In this document: positions 1-9,778 of the stretch, piece by piece
Layout: the number at the start of each line of letters is the position of its first letter
How positions within the stretch are numbered: position 1 is the stretch's first letter
Source: Alphaproteobacteria bacterium
GTDB lineage: Bacteria > Pseudomonadota > Alphaproteobacteria > GCA-2731375
Length of the DNA stretch: 64,000 bases
Reading direction: 5' to 3'
Assembly: GCA_030752605.1 (NCBI GenBank)
Contig: JASMDX010000056.1
Span: 1,925-65,924, forward strand
Translations under genes and position numbers: made by a program
The notes under the pieces: generated by a model
What the model saw: the letters and a program-made list of their open reading frames with translations, nothing else
Database searches by the model: none
Told to the model about the DNA's origin: nothing

Positions 1-271
1 GATCGTGACGGGGATGGGGCACAACGATGCGGACCTGGGCCCCAGGCCGGCAAATCCGCCATAACTCCTTGATAATGGCCAGATAGCCGTCCGTGCTGGC
101 GCCCAGATGCTCCAACACATGGCGCAGCTGGATTTCCCCTGCGCTATTGTCTTCCCAGGGCCATGGCGTCGCTTCGAGGTCTACAAGCTGGTCCGGTTCT
201 GACAGCGGGCTCTTATCGACGTTGATCCAATCGGCCTTTTTGTCAAAGCCGCAACCTAGATTTAGGCGCAT
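1..271 (-). CDS. class I SAM-dependent methyltransferase (N-terminal part; 3' end lies off-window)
   Basis: Reverse-strand ATG at 271..269 opens MRLNLGCGFDKKADWINVDKSP...QLRHVLEHLGASTDGYLAIIKELWRICRPGAQVRIVVPHP. It has the LNLGCG motif I and the VLEHL / RxxxPG motifs of Methyltransf_11/23-type enzymes. The frame stays open to position 1. It is absent from the ORF track because it is truncated by the window edge. Confidence 0.6.
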   Translation of the reverse strand, partial: MRLNLGCGFDKKADWINVDKSPLSEPDQLVDLEATPWPWEDNSAGEIQLRHVLEHLGASTDGYLAIIKELWRICRPGAQVRIVVPHPRHD

Positions 272-453
272 TAAGCTAACTTCTCGAATTCAAAAAGGTT
301 CCCGGCACAGTCCAAGGCATAGTATAAACTGCATTCCCCTCCCTGGCCACGGTCAGGTGTGGCGGAAGAAATTCATAATGATACGCTATTTAGATTGTCT
401 GTCCCGCTTGCCCCTGTTACGAAAGCGCTGATTTGCCGCCACTCGGTCCGTAG

Positions 454-603
454 CGGATCGGCGCCGCCCGCTCCAAGGCGGCGACGTTGCCGGAAATTAT
501 CTGGGAGATGCTGTTGTCGACGACGTCTGAGCGTCAGGGCCGGGTCATTGACCAGGATGCCGACGCCTCTATGGAACGTAAAAAGCTGGAAGGGTATTTC
601 TGA
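454..603 (+). pseudogene. cysD: 3' remnant of sulfate adenylyltransferase subunit 2 (cysD); about 49 C-terminal codons only
   Basis: Frame 1 reads ...[43 protein letters not shown], matching the conserved CysD C-terminus (TSERQGR..D......ME.KK.EGYF). The stop overlaps the cysN ATG as TGATG. The frame is closed by TAG at 451..453, and only about 330 bp separate it from the divergent methyltransferase start, whereas a full cysD needs about 900 bp. Confidence 0.65.
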
Positions 604-2543
604 TGTCGGACAATCCAGAAAATACGTTGGCGAGCGAAAGCTCACGGGCCGTGGCAGAAGCCTATCTGGCCGAACAAGGCCAAAAGGGCCTGCTACGCTT
701 TCTCACCTGTGGCAGTGTTGATGACGGCAAAAGCACGCTGATTGGCCGTTTGCTATTCGATGCCAAACAGATATTCGAGGACCAGATTGCCTCGCTTGAA
801 AGTGACAGCACACGCCTTGGCACCCATGGCCAGAACATGGACCTGACCCTCCTCATCGATGGCCTGGCGGCGGAACAGGAACAGAGTTTCACCATAGATG
901 TTGCCTACCGTTTCTTCGCCACCGATAAGCGAAAATTCATCGTCGCCGACACGCCGGGCCATGAACAATATACCCGCAACATGGCGACGGGTGCTTCCAC
1001 CGCCGATCTTGCTGTCATTTTGGTCGATGCACGCAACGGCGTGGCGACGCAGACCCGGCGCCACAGCCACATCGTCGCCATGCTGGGCATCAAACAGGTA
1101 ATCCTGGCGGTCAACAAGATGGATCTATGCGATTACGCCGAGGACGTGTTCGACGCCATCGTCGCGGATTATTCGGAATTTGCGGGCACCGTCGGCCTGG
1201 AAAACATCACCGCTATTCCGCTTTCGGCCCTGCAAGGCGAGAATGTCCTGAAGTCGTCCAGTTTGATGCCGTGGTACCAGGGTGAAACCCTCATGGCTGC
1301 GTTGGAGAGCGCTGAGGCTGGCGGCGCTGGCAACAGCGACGGACCGGCACGCTTTCCGGTGCAATGGGTCAACCGTCCCGAACTGAGTTTTCGAGGCTTC
1401 AGCGGCATCCTGACCGCTGGCCGTTTGCGCCCTGGTGACGAGATCGTGGTTCTGCCGGGGGCCAAGACCTCGCGCATCGAACGGATTGTTGCCCATGGCT
1501 GCGATTGGGAGGCAGCGGCGGCCGGCGATGCAGTGACTTTGACCCTGGCCGATGACGTCGATATTTCGCGCGGCGACGTGATCGCCAGCATGGAAGGGCG
1601 CCCGGAAACCTCAGACCAATTTCAGGTCCGCCTGATCTGGATGCACGAGGAACATCTGTTGCCGGGGCGGTCCTATCTTATTAAGGCCGCCAATCAGATC
1701 GTGCCCGCCTCCGTTTCGGAGCTGAAATACAAGATTAACGTCAACAATCAGGAACATGAAGCGGCCAAGGTGCTGGAGCTGAACGAAATCGGTATCTGCA
1801 ATATCACCCTGGCATCGCCGATTGCGTTCGAGCCTTATGGCAGGAACCGCGTACTTGGCAGTTTCATTCTGATCGACCGGTTGACCAATCACACGGTCGC
1901 CGCCGGCATGATCGATTTTGGCCTGCGCCGGGCTACCAATATTCACTGGCAACCGGTGACCGTGGACAAGCAGGCCCGCGCTCAACAGAAACATCAACGC
2001 CCGTGCGTATTATGGTTCACCGGCCTATCGGGATCGGGCAAATCCACCATTGCCGATATCGTTGAACAGAAACTGCATGCCATGAACCGGCATACCTATT
2101 TGCTGGACGGCGATAATGTGCGCCACGGCCTAAGCCGGGATCTTGGTTTTACCGATGCCGACCGGGTGGAAAACATCCGCCGCGTCGGTGAAGTGGCCAA
2201 ACTGATGGTTGATGCCGGCCTGATGGTGCAGACCGCCTTTATCTCGCCGTTCAGGGCGGAACGTCGCATGGCGCGCGATCTGCTGGTGGAGGGCGAATTC
2301 CTGGAAATTTTTGTCGATACGCCGCTTGCGGTCTGTGAACAGCGCGATCCCAAGGGGCTTTACGAAAAGGCCCGCGCCGGCGAGATCAAGAATTTCACCG
2401 GCTACGATTCGCCCTATGAAGAGCCGGAACAGGCTGACCTTAGGATCGACACGGTTGCCCTGTCGGCGGAGCAGGCGGCGGACGAGATCGTCAATTTCCT
2501 GAAAGCGCGTGGTTATCTAGGAGCCGGCAATGGCGATGCGTAG
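603..2543 (+). CDS. cysNC: bifunctional sulfate adenylyltransferase subunit 1 / adenylylsulfate kinase (CysN-CysC fusion)
   Basis: 646-aa ORF. N-terminal GTPase motifs are [27 protein letters not shown] and NKMD. The C-terminal APS-kinase P-loop is [14 protein letters not shown]. Confidence 0.95.
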   Translation: MSDNPENTLASESSRAVAEAYLAEQGQKGLLRFLTCGSVDDGKSTLIGRLLFDAKQIFEDQIASLESDSTRLGTHGQNMDLTLLIDGLAAEQEQSFTIDVAYRFFATDKRKFIVADTPGHEQYTRNMATGASTADLAVILVDARNGVATQTRRHSHIVAMLGIKQVILAVNKMDLCDYAEDVFDAIVADYSEFAGTVGLENITAIPLSALQGENVLKSSSLMPWYQGETLMAALESAEAGGAGNSDGPARFPVQWVNRPELSFRGFSGILTAGRLRPGDEIVVLPGAKTSRIERIVAHGCDWEAAAAGDAVTLTLADDVDISRGDVIASMEGRPETSDQFQVRLIWMHEEHLLPGRSYLIKAANQIVPASVSELKYKINVNNQEHEAAKVLELNEIGICNITLASPIAFEPYGRNRVLGSFILIDRLTNHTVAAGMIDFGLRRATNIHWQPVTVDKQARAQQKHQRPCVLWFTGLSGSGKSTIADIVEQKLHAMNRHTYLLDGDNVRHGLSRDLGFTDADRVENIRRVGEVAKLMVDAGLMVQTAFISPFRAERRMARDLLVEGEFLEIFVDTPLAVCEQRDPKGLYEKARAGEIKNFTGYDSPYEEPEQADLRIDTVALSAEQAADEIVNFLKARGYLGAGNGDA

Positions 2544-2550
2544 GCGGTGG

Positions 2551-3177
2551 CTAATGGTTTTGGTCCGCCAATCCTGAAATAGCGGCAATACCCACCGCGC
2601 CGCAGGGGCTCAGGCGCGGCGCGTTGTCCATATTTATGCCGCCCAGGCCATACACGGGAAGAGTGCTGTCCCGCGCCAGCCGGGCGAACCGCTGCGGGCC
2701 TAAGGTGTGGGCGCCGGGATGGCTGGCAGTGGGAAAGACCGGCGAGAGCAGTGCCGCATGGGCGCCCAGGCTTGCCGCGCGTAGCAGGGCCGGCCGGGAA
2801 TGGGCGGCTGCCGTGACCAGCCAGCCCGGTTTTCGAGGCAGTACGGGGGGCCGCGCTGTTTGCCATTCGGGCAGATGCACGCCATGGGCCTCCAGCTTCC
2901 AGGCTAGGCGCCAGTCGCCGGCCACCAGCAAAGACAATTTTCGCGCCCGGCACAGCGCCATCAGCGCCCGGCCCAGATCCTCGCGCCCGGCAATGTCATA
3001 GTGGCGCAGGATGACCGCGCCGCCAGGGGGCAGGCTGGCCGCCGCCGGTAGCGGGTCGGTCAGGCGGTCCGCGTCGGTCAGCAGAATAAGCCGGGGCAGG
3101 CGAACGGTTTCTCCCGCTTCACGATTGAGGCGGAGGGATAGCTTTGTTAGGTTCGGGGCAGACATAGGAAAGAACAT
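2551..3177 (-). CDS. thiamine-phosphate synthase (ThiE/TenI) family protein
   Basis: Motifs LILLTDADRL, GGAVILRHYD, GVHLPE, LSPVFPTASHPG and LPVYGLGGI fit the TMP-TENI fold. The start is uncertain: ATG at 3177 or 3165, and the ORF-track start at 3213 is a TTG that overlaps yggS. Confidence 0.7.
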   Translation of the reverse strand: MFFPMSAPNLTKLSLRLNREAGETVRLPRLILLTDADRLTDPLPAAASLPPGGAVILRHYDIAGREDLGRALMALCRARKLSLLVAGDWRLAWKLEAHGVHLPEWQTARPPVLPRKPGWLVTAAAHSRPALLRAASLGAHAALLSPVFPTASHPGAHTLGPQRFARLARDSTLPVYGLGGINMDNAPRLSPCGAVGIAAISGLADQNH

Positions 3178-3180
3178 GCC

Positions 3181-3897
3181 ATGGCTTTGAGTAAGGAACC
3201 AGCCGCCACGCAAGTTGATGTGGCCGTCAATTCGGCTACAAATCTAGCTGAGGTCCAGGCCTTGATCGCTGCCGCCGAGCAAGCAGCGGGCCGGAGCGCG
3301 GGTGAAGTGGTCTTGGTCGCGGTGTCAAAGACCCAGGGCGCAGAGGATATTCTGCCTGTGATACAGGCTGGTCAGCGTTTGTTTGGTGAAAACCGGGTAC
3401 AGGAAGCACAGGGCAAATGGCCGGACTTGAAAGCCGCCCACCCTGATCTGCGCCTGCATCTGATCGGCCCTTTGCAAACCAACAAGGTGAAGGACGCCGT
3501 CGCCCTGTTTGATGTCATCGAAACCGTGGACCGGCCCAAGCTGGCCCGCGTCCTGGCCAAGGAAATGGCCAAACAGGACCGCCGCCTGGATTGTTTCATC
3601 CAGGTCAATACCGGCGAAGAGGAACAAAAGGCCGGGATCTGGCCAGAGGACGCCGATGCCTTTATCGCCCTGGTCCGTGACGAGTTGGGCTTGTCCGTAC
3701 GCGGCCTGATGTGCATTCCCCCGGTAGAGGAGGAATGCAGCCTACATTTCGCCCTGCTCCGCGAGATCGCCCAGCGCAATGGTCTGGAGGGGCTATCCAT
3801 GGGCATGAGCGCGGATTACGAAGTGGCAATCCAGTTCGGCGCCACCTTGGTGCGCGTCGGCACGGCGATATTCGGCGCCCGTAAACCGCACCCTTAG
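3181..3897 (+). CDS. yggS: YggS-family pyridoxal-phosphate homeostasis protein
   Basis: VAVSKT (PLP lysine), FGENRVQE, HLIGPLQTNKVK, QVNTGEEEQKAG and LSMGMSADYEVAIQFGATLVRVGTAIFG. Confidence 0.9.
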   Translation: MALSKEPAATQVDVAVNSATNLAEVQALIAAAEQAAGRSAGEVVLVAVSKTQGAEDILPVIQAGQRLFGENRVQEAQGKWPDLKAAHPDLRLHLIGPLQTNKVKDAVALFDVIETVDRPKLARVLAKEMAKQDRRLDCFIQVNTGEEEQKAGIWPEDADAFIALVRDELGLSVRGLMCIPPVEEECSLHFALLREIAQRNGLEGLSMGMSADYEVAIQFGATLVRVGTAIFGARKPHP

Positions 3898-4427
3898 GCG
3901 GTGATTTTGATTTCACTGTTGTTGTCCAAATCCGACAACAGTTCCAACAGATCGTCCCGCGCCAGGGCAACGCAGCCTTCCGTTGGGCCGTATTCGGGGC
4001 TGGCCACGTGCATGAAGATGGCGCTGCCGGCACCGGGCACGATGGGGTCATCATTATGGCCCAGGATCAACACCAGATCGTAGAGGCTATCCTCCCGCCA
4101 CATACTTTCCGTGCTGGCCCTGTAAGGCAGATTGACCGGCCGGTTGTAGGCGGGGTCAGCGGGCGCATCGCACCAGCCGTCATCGGGGTGGATTTCCGCC
4201 ATGGCGAGTTTACTCACCGGTCGCGCCAGACGATCGGCCCGGTACAACAGCCGCCGCAAGGGATAGCGGCCGCTGGGTGTTACGCCATCGCCTTCCATCT
4301 TTTCGGCCTGGACGCCGCCCCGGCCCAGGGCACAGCGGTACCGCTTGCTGCCGTGGCGCAGAAAACCATCGACCGTGACGTGAAGCAGCACAACAAATGA
4401 CCTTTCATTTCGAGTGTGTTTTCCCAA
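3894..4427 (-). CDS. L,D-transpeptidase (YkuD) family protein
   Basis: The C-terminal catalytic motif GSAIFMHVASPEYGPTEGCVAL has the His...Cys of YkuD domains. The start is a TTG and is uncertain. Confidence 0.75.
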   Translation of the reverse strand: MGKHTRNERSFVVLLHVTVDGFLRHGSKRYRCALGRGGVQAEKMEGDGVTPSGRYPLRRLLYRADRLARPVSKLAMAEIHPDDGWCDAPADPAYNRPVNLPYRASTESMWREDSLYDLVLILGHNDDPIVPGAGSAIFMHVASPEYGPTEGCVALARDDLLELLSDLDNNSEIKITA

Positions 4428-4570
4428 CGGAAGCTAGCATACATTCCCATTTATTCGTCATGAGGCGGGCCGCTTAACCACGAAAAGCCCTTGCGGGCGG
4501 CTGAAAAATGCCAAATTGCGCTGTTTTTCGGGGCTTCATGTTTTTCGGCGTTTTCAGATTCTGCACCTTG

Positions 4571-5704
4571 CTATAACAGGTGGCCCGACCGGTCCTTTTT
4601 CGTGCGCAGATAGAAATCATTGTGTAGGTTGGCGGGAAAGGCGTGGGTCACCCGCTCACTGACTGTGATGCCGCAGGCTTCCAGGCCGGCGACTTTATCC
4701 GGATTGTTGGTCAATAGGCGGACTTGGCTGAAGCCAAGCAGTCGCAGCATTTCCGCCGCCGGGCGGAAAACCCGCTCGTCAGCGTCGAAACCGAGGCGCA
4801 GATTGGCCTCGACGGTATCAAAGCCTTCCGCTTGCAGGCTGTAGGCACGCAATTTGTTCATCAGGCCGATGCCCCTACCTTCCTGGGCCAGATACAACAG
4901 CACGCCGTCGCCCTGTTCCGCCATCAAGGCGATGGCGCCGCGTAGCTGTTCGCCGCAATCGCACTTTAGCGAGGCCAACAGATCGCCGGTAAAGCATTCC
5001 GAATGCAGCCGGGTCAGGACCGGATGATGACGGTCGGGATCACCAACGACGATGGCCAGGTGTTCGACCCCGCCGTCAGCCGGGCGGAAGGCGATCAAAC
5101 GGCAGTTTTCAGCGTCTGTCAGGGGTACCGGTGCCTCGGCCACCTTGCGCAGGGTGGCCGCCGCGCTCTGTTCGTATTCGGCGATCTGCCGTGTCCTCAC
5201 GCTCAGATAGCGAGTCTCGGCGCTACTTATATCGGTTTCATCGGGCAAGGGCACGATGACGGCGGAAGGCAGCAGACGCGCCGCCTTGGCCAATTGCACG
5301 GCGGCGCTTTCGGTCGGGCGCGGGGCCCGGCGAAGGCGTTGAAACGGTCCCCGCATGGGCTGGGCCAAATCCGTGCTGCCGTCCGCCAGGGTCTGCACGA
5401 TACCCACATCCGTATCGCCATCGACCGGCAGCAAAATAACCCCATGACCGGTAGGTTTAATATGTAGGGCGCTGGCCCGGCTTTCGGTCAAGGCCAAGAC
5501 CGGACCATGGGTTTCGCTATCCTGACCGCCATCCCGGCCGCTGTACCATTCGCACAGGCCGCGTAGGCTGTCGGGGCTGGCTTGTTCCGCCGCCAGGGCC
5601 AGGGCGTTGTCGCCATCATCGGATTCCAGCAAAACGGGCCGGCCCCGCCGGTATTCGGCGATGGCGCGGTCGACGGTGATGATATTGGCGTTGATTTTGG
5701 TCAT
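4571..5704 (-). CDS. ribA: GTP cyclohydrolase II with an N-terminal degenerate DHBP-synthase-like domain
   Basis: LTRLHSECFTGDLLASLKCDCGEQL, LYLAQEGRGIGLMNKLRAY and GFDTVEANLRLGFDADER. I chose the ATG at 5704 (MTKINANIITVDRAI...). The 5' extension in the ORF track is Arg/Pro-rich and runs into the divergent regulator gene. Confidence 0.9.
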   Translation of the reverse strand: MTKINANIITVDRAIAEYRRGRPVLLESDDGDNALALAAEQASPDSLRGLCEWYSGRDGGQDSETHGPVLALTESRASALHIKPTGHGVILLPVDGDTDVGIVQTLADGSTDLAQPMRGPFQRLRRAPRPTESAAVQLAKAARLLPSAVIVPLPDETDISSAETRYLSVRTRQIAEYEQSAAATLRKVAEAPVPLTDAENCRLIAFRPADGGVEHLAIVVGDPDRHHPVLTRLHSECFTGDLLASLKCDCGEQLRGAIALMAEQGDGVLLYLAQEGRGIGLMNKLRAYSLQAEGFDTVEANLRLGFDADERVFRPAAEMLRLLGFSQVRLLTNNPDKVAGLEACGITVSERVTHAFPANLHNDFYLRTKKDRSGHLL

Positions 5705-5853
5705 GATCGCCGCAGACAATATACCGGCCAAGGCCCGTTGGCGACGCTTTATCCGTTGCTTATCAGTTGCCGCTTGTGCTTGCCGGAATGGCGCGACCCG
5801 CCTATATCTAAAAAGAGCGGGTGGGCGGTTCATGCGGCGGATTGGGGAGAGCC

Positions 5854-6540
5854 ATGACGGCGAAGAAAATTCTTTTGGTCGATGATGAGGCGCCCTTGCG
5901 CGACGCCTTGGCAGAGCAATTGGAACTGCACGACGAATTTGCCACAACCCAGGCTGGATCGGGCGCGGAGGCCTTGGAAAGAGCCAAAGATGGCCCGTTC
6001 GATTTGCTGCTGCTGGATGTGGGTCTAGGCGATTTGGATGGCCGCGAGGTCTGCAAAATGCTGCGCAAGGCCGGCGTCAAATGCCCGGTCATCATGTTGA
6101 CGGCGGCGGATAGAGATGCCGACACGATCCTGGGATTGGAATCTGGCGCCAATGACTGCGTCGCCAAACCGTTCAAGTTTTCCGTTCTTTTGGCCCGCAT
6201 CCGTTCACATTTACGTCAACATGAGCAGAGCGTGGACGCGGTTTTCACTATTGGCCATTATACTTTCCGCCCCTCCGCCAAGCTGTTGCTGGAAGACGGC
6301 TCGAACCAGAAAGTTCGGTTGACGGAAAAGGAAACCTCGATCCTGAAATATTTGTACCGGGCCGGCGAAAAAGCAGTTGGCCGGGATGTGCTGTTGAACG
6401 AGGTCTGGGGCTATAACAGGGGTGTCACCACCCATACCCTGGAAACCCATATCTACCGCCTGCGGCAAAAGATCGAGGCCAATCCCTCTGCAGCAAAAAT
6501 CCTAGTGACGGAGCCGGGTGGTTACCGCTTGGTGCCTTGA
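5854..6540 (+). CDS. OmpR/PhoB-family response regulator (no histidine kinase adjacent)
   Basis: MTAKKILLVDDE, LLLLDVGLGDLDG and a C-terminal winged helix (LTEKETSILKYL...THTLETHIYRLRQKIE). ATG at 5854 follows GGGGAGA. Confidence 0.9.
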   Translation: MTAKKILLVDDEAPLRDALAEQLELHDEFATTQAGSGAEALERAKDGPFDLLLLDVGLGDLDGREVCKMLRKAGVKCPVIMLTAADRDADTILGLESGANDCVAKPFKFSVLLARIRSHLRQHEQSVDAVFTIGHYTFRPSAKLLLEDGSNQKVRLTEKETSILKYLYRAGEKAVGRDVLLNEVWGYNRGVTTHTLETHIYRLRQKIEANPSAAKILVTEPGGYRLVP

Positions 6541-6558
6541 GTTACCAAAAACATCGCC

Positions 6559-6864
6559 TTAAATCATCTGGCAAAATTCGACCAGTTCCCTTGAGCGCTT
6601 GATCTTGCCCTCCCAATGGCGGTCAAATTCCTTGATGAAGCCCTTCATAATGTCTGAATTTAGCAGGGCGTCGGCGGTCGCCATATCCGGAAACTCGTAA
6701 AACGCAACATGGACGTTGGCGTCCACGCTGCTCCAGCCGCGTTTGGCGCTGAGCGCGTTGAAGGCTTTTAGCGCGTCAGGCAGATGTTCGTTCTGATACC
6801 AAATATCGAATTGATCCTTGACCGAAGGCTCTACTTCGGCGCGTACGATTAAATAGGAGGTCAT
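6559..6864 (-). CDS. small hypothetical protein, dimeric alpha/beta-barrel-like (EthD/DUF4286-like)
   Basis: 101-aa ORF with FDIWYQNEHLPDALKAF, the WY..EH.P motif typical of that superfamily. Codon usage is coding-like. Confidence 0.5.
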   Translation of the reverse strand: MTSYLIVRAEVEPSVKDQFDIWYQNEHLPDALKAFNALSAKRGWSSVDANVHVAFYEFPDMATADALLNSDIMKGFIKEFDRHWEGKIKRSRELVEFCQMI

Positions 6865-7037
6865 GTTTCAGGTCCAACAATTGCGGAAAGATAGCGAGAT
6901 TAGCTTGCGCAAATTGGAATTCATAGTCTGCGGGCCCTGTTCTGCTGACACGTTTCAAATATTACAATTCAAGAGCTGGCGGCGAACTGGTAATACCGCG
7001 GTTAAATTCGTATCCGATCAAAAGGAGGAAACGGCCA

Positions 7038-8585
7038 ATGTCATGGCAAGCGGAACTTGATGAGCTGAAACGGCGCGAGGCCTTCGCCGAGAAACTTGGC
7101 GGCGAAATGCGGGTCAAGCGGCAGAAGGACGGTGGCCGCTATACCATTCGCGAACGGATCGAACTGCTTGCCGATGACGGCTCCTTCCACGAAATCGGCA
7201 AGATCGCCGGCATGGCCGCATACGACGGCAGGAATGATCTGGAGGATTTCACGCCTTCCAACTTCGTCTTTGGCCGGGCCCGCCTGAATGACCGGCAAGT
7301 GGTTATCGCCGGCGATGATTTCACCGTGCGCGGTGGCTCCGCCGATGCCACCATCAAGGAAAAGCATCTCAACGCGGAGGCCATGGCGAACGCGCTGCAA
7401 CTGCCCCTGGTCCGCCTGGTGGAAGGTTCGGGCGGTGGCGGTTCGGTCAAGACCATCGAGACCACGGGCCGAGCCAATGTGCCAGGCGTCGCGGGCTGGG
7501 ACATGGTGGTCGCGAATATGGGCACGGTGCCGCGGGTGGCGCTGGGGCTGGGCTCTGTCGCCGGTTTGGGCGCGGCGCATCTGGCGGCCTCGCACTATTC
7601 GGTCATGTTGAAGGAGAAATCAGCGATGTTCGTCGCTGGTCCACCGGTGGTGGAGCGGATCGGTCAGAAATTGACCAAGAATGAGCTGGGTGGCTACAAA
7701 ATCCAGCTGCGTGCCGGTGCCGTTGATCACGCGGTAAATACTGAAGAAGAAGCCTTTGAATGCGCCGGACGGTTCCTCTCTTACCTGCCGCAATCGGTCA
7801 ACGAGCTGCCGCCAAGGGTTGGCCTCACGGACGATCCCAACCGGCGGGTTGACTGGCTGATCGATGCCATTCCCCGGGATATCCGCAAAATTTACAAAAT
7901 GCGCCCCATCATCAAAGCCTTGGTCGATGAAGGCTCGTTCTTTGAAATGGGCAAGGAGTACGGTAAGTCAGTGATCACCGGGCTGGCCCGTCTGGATGGC
8001 TGGCCGGTCGCCTTCATGGCCTCGGACCCCATGTCTTATGGCGGCTGCTGGACGGCGGATACCTGCCGCAAGGTGGAGAAATTTGTCGATCTGGCAGAAA
8101 CCTTCCATCTGCCGATCGTGAATTTGTCCGATTGTCCCGGCTTTCAGGTCGGCCTGCAGGCGGAACAAAGCGGCGTTATCAAGGAGGGCGTTCGCGCCAT
8201 GAGCGCGATCTGGCAGACCACGGTGCCCTGGTGCACGATGATTATCCGTAATGTCTTTGGCGTCGCGGGGGCGGCGCATACGGTGGGCGGACGCTATACG
8301 ACCCGCTATGCCTGGCCGTCGGGCCGCTGGGGCTCGCTGCCTTTGGAAGGCGGGATTGAGGCCGCCTACAGCGCTGATATCGCCGCCGCCGCAGACCCGG
8401 ACGCGGAGTTGGAGATTATCACCGAGCGGCTGGAGAAATTGCGCTCGCCCTTCCGTTCAGCCGAAACCTTCTGGATCGAGGAAATTATCGACCCCCGCGA
8501 GACCCGAGAGCTGTTGTGCGATTTCGCCAATACGGCGGCGCCCCTGCGGACAACCGGAGTCTCATCGCACGCCATGCGCCCCTGA
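7038..8585 (+). CDS. acyl-CoA carboxylase carboxyltransferase (beta) subunit
   Basis: 515 aa with the carboxyl_trans domain layout: VVIAGDDFTVRGGSADA, GGARLQE-like LVEGSGGG, and DCPGFQVGLQAEQSGVIKEG in the second half. Confidence 0.85.
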   Translation: MSWQAELDELKRREAFAEKLGGEMRVKRQKDGGRYTIRERIELLADDGSFHEIGKIAGMAAYDGRNDLEDFTPSNFVFGRARLNDRQVVIAGDDFTVRGGSADATIKEKHLNAEAMANALQLPLVRLVEGSGGGGSVKTIETTGRANVPGVAGWDMVVANMGTVPRVALGLGSVAGLGAAHLAASHYSVMLKEKSAMFVAGPPVVERIGQKLTKNELGGYKIQLRAGAVDHAVNTEEEAFECAGRFLSYLPQSVNELPPRVGLTDDPNRRVDWLIDAIPRDIRKIYKMRPIIKALVDEGSFFEMGKEYGKSVITGLARLDGWPVAFMASDPMSYGGCWTADTCRKVEKFVDLAETFHLPIVNLSDCPGFQVGLQAEQSGVIKEGVRAMSAIWQTTVPWCTMIIRNVFGVAGAAHTVGGRYTTRYAWPSGRWGSLPLEGGIEAAYSADIAAAADPDAELEIITERLEKLRSPFRSAETFWIEEIIDPRETRELLCDFANTAAPLRTTGVSSHAMRP

Positions 8586-8865
8586 TACCAGGGAGCGCAT
8601 AGAAAATTCCGCTATTTTTGGCGGGTTTCAATTATCGAAGATGCCAGTTGAACTGCGCCAGGCTAATGATTATGTAAAATAATCTGACCTATGATAGTTG
8701 GAAATCAACACATGGCGCAAAACCACGAGCAATAATTCGTGCTGGTCATCGTCTCGATCCTTGGGGCCGCTGTTTTGCTGATTAGTCTGCTGGGCGTTTG
8801 GAACTTGTTTTAACGCCCTTCGGCGGCAAACGGCATGCAATCAGCCGACGGCGATAGGGCGCGTT

Positions 8866-9738
8866 CTATCGCGTTGGAACCGGCTTATCGCCTTGATAAT
8901 CGTAGAATCCACGCTCGGTCTTGCGCCCCAGCCAGCCGGCCTCGACGTATTTCACCAATAGCGGACAGGGCCGGTACTTGGTATCGGCCAGGCCTTCGTA
9001 GAGCACCTGCATGATCGCTAGGCAGGTATCCAGACCGATGAAATCAGCCAGTTGCAAGGGTCCCATGCGGTGGTTGGCGCCCAGGCGCATGGCGCTGTCG
9101 ATACCTTCAACCGTGCCCACGCCTTCGTACAGGGTGTAGACTGCCTCGTTGATCATGGGCACTAGGATGCGGTTGACGATGAAGGCGGGAAAATCCTCGG
9201 CATTGGTGGCAACCTTGCCGATCTTGAGCACGATCTCGCGCATCGCTTCAAACGTTGGAGCGTCCGTGGCGATGCCGCGGATCAGCTCCACCAGCTCCAT
9301 CATCGGCACCGGGTTCATGAAATGCATGCCCATGAACTTTTCCGGCCGGCCCGAGACTGCGGCCAAGCGCGTGATGGAGATGGATGAGGTGTTGGTGGCG
9401 ATCAGGCCTTCCGGCTTCAGGATTGGTCCCAGATCAGTCAGGATTTGCCTTTTGACCTCTTCATCTTCTGAGGCCGCCTCGATCACCAGATCGGCATTGG
9501 CCAGCTCGGGCAAGCCGGCGACGGTTTTGATCCGGGACAAGGAATCGGCCATTTCGACCTCTTCCAGTTTACCCCGGCCAACCTGACGGCTCATATTGCC
9601 CTCGATTACCTTCATCGCCTTTTGCATTTGGGCGTTGGAGGTATCGGTCAGCATGACGTTGTAGCCGCCGACGGCCAAGACATGGGCAATACCGCTGCCC
9701 ATCTGTCCCGCGCCGATAATGCCAATATTCTGGATCAT
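8866..9738 (-). CDS. hbd: 3-hydroxybutyryl-CoA / 3-hydroxyacyl-CoA dehydrogenase
   Basis: IGIIGAGQMGSGIAHV Rossmann motif, NTSSISIT, HFMNPVPMMELVE and GRKTERGFYDY. Confidence 0.9.
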   Translation of the reverse strand: MIQNIGIIGAGQMGSGIAHVLAVGGYNVMLTDTSNAQMQKAMKVIEGNMSRQVGRGKLEEVEMADSLSRIKTVAGLPELANADLVIEAASEDEEVKRQILTDLGPILKPEGLIATNTSSISITRLAAVSGRPEKFMGMHFMNPVPMMELVELIRGIATDAPTFEAMREIVLKIGKVATNAEDFPAFIVNRILVPMINEAVYTLYEGVGTVEGIDSAMRLGANHRMGPLQLADFIGLDTCLAIMQVLYEGLADTKYRPCPLLVKYVEAGWLGRKTERGFYDYQGDKPVPTR

Positions 9739-9778
9739 CGAATTCCTTTCAATCTTGACCTTTTCGGCCAGACCTTAT

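Noticed and set aside
5705-5853. An FMN (RFN) riboswitch upstream of ribA.
   Set aside because: The 150-bp leader shows none of the conserved RFN core strings I know. It is shared with the divergent response-regulator promoter.
8712-8813. A mini-ORF, MAQNHEQ[TAA]F-VLVIVSILGAAVLLISLLGVWNLF*, which could be a 33-aa single-helix peptide with yet another in-frame TAA, or a 24-aa GTG-initiated peptide.
   Set aside because: It is too short to tell from chance and has no recognisable family. It lies in a convergent terminator region. I note it only because the hydrophobic segment is clean.
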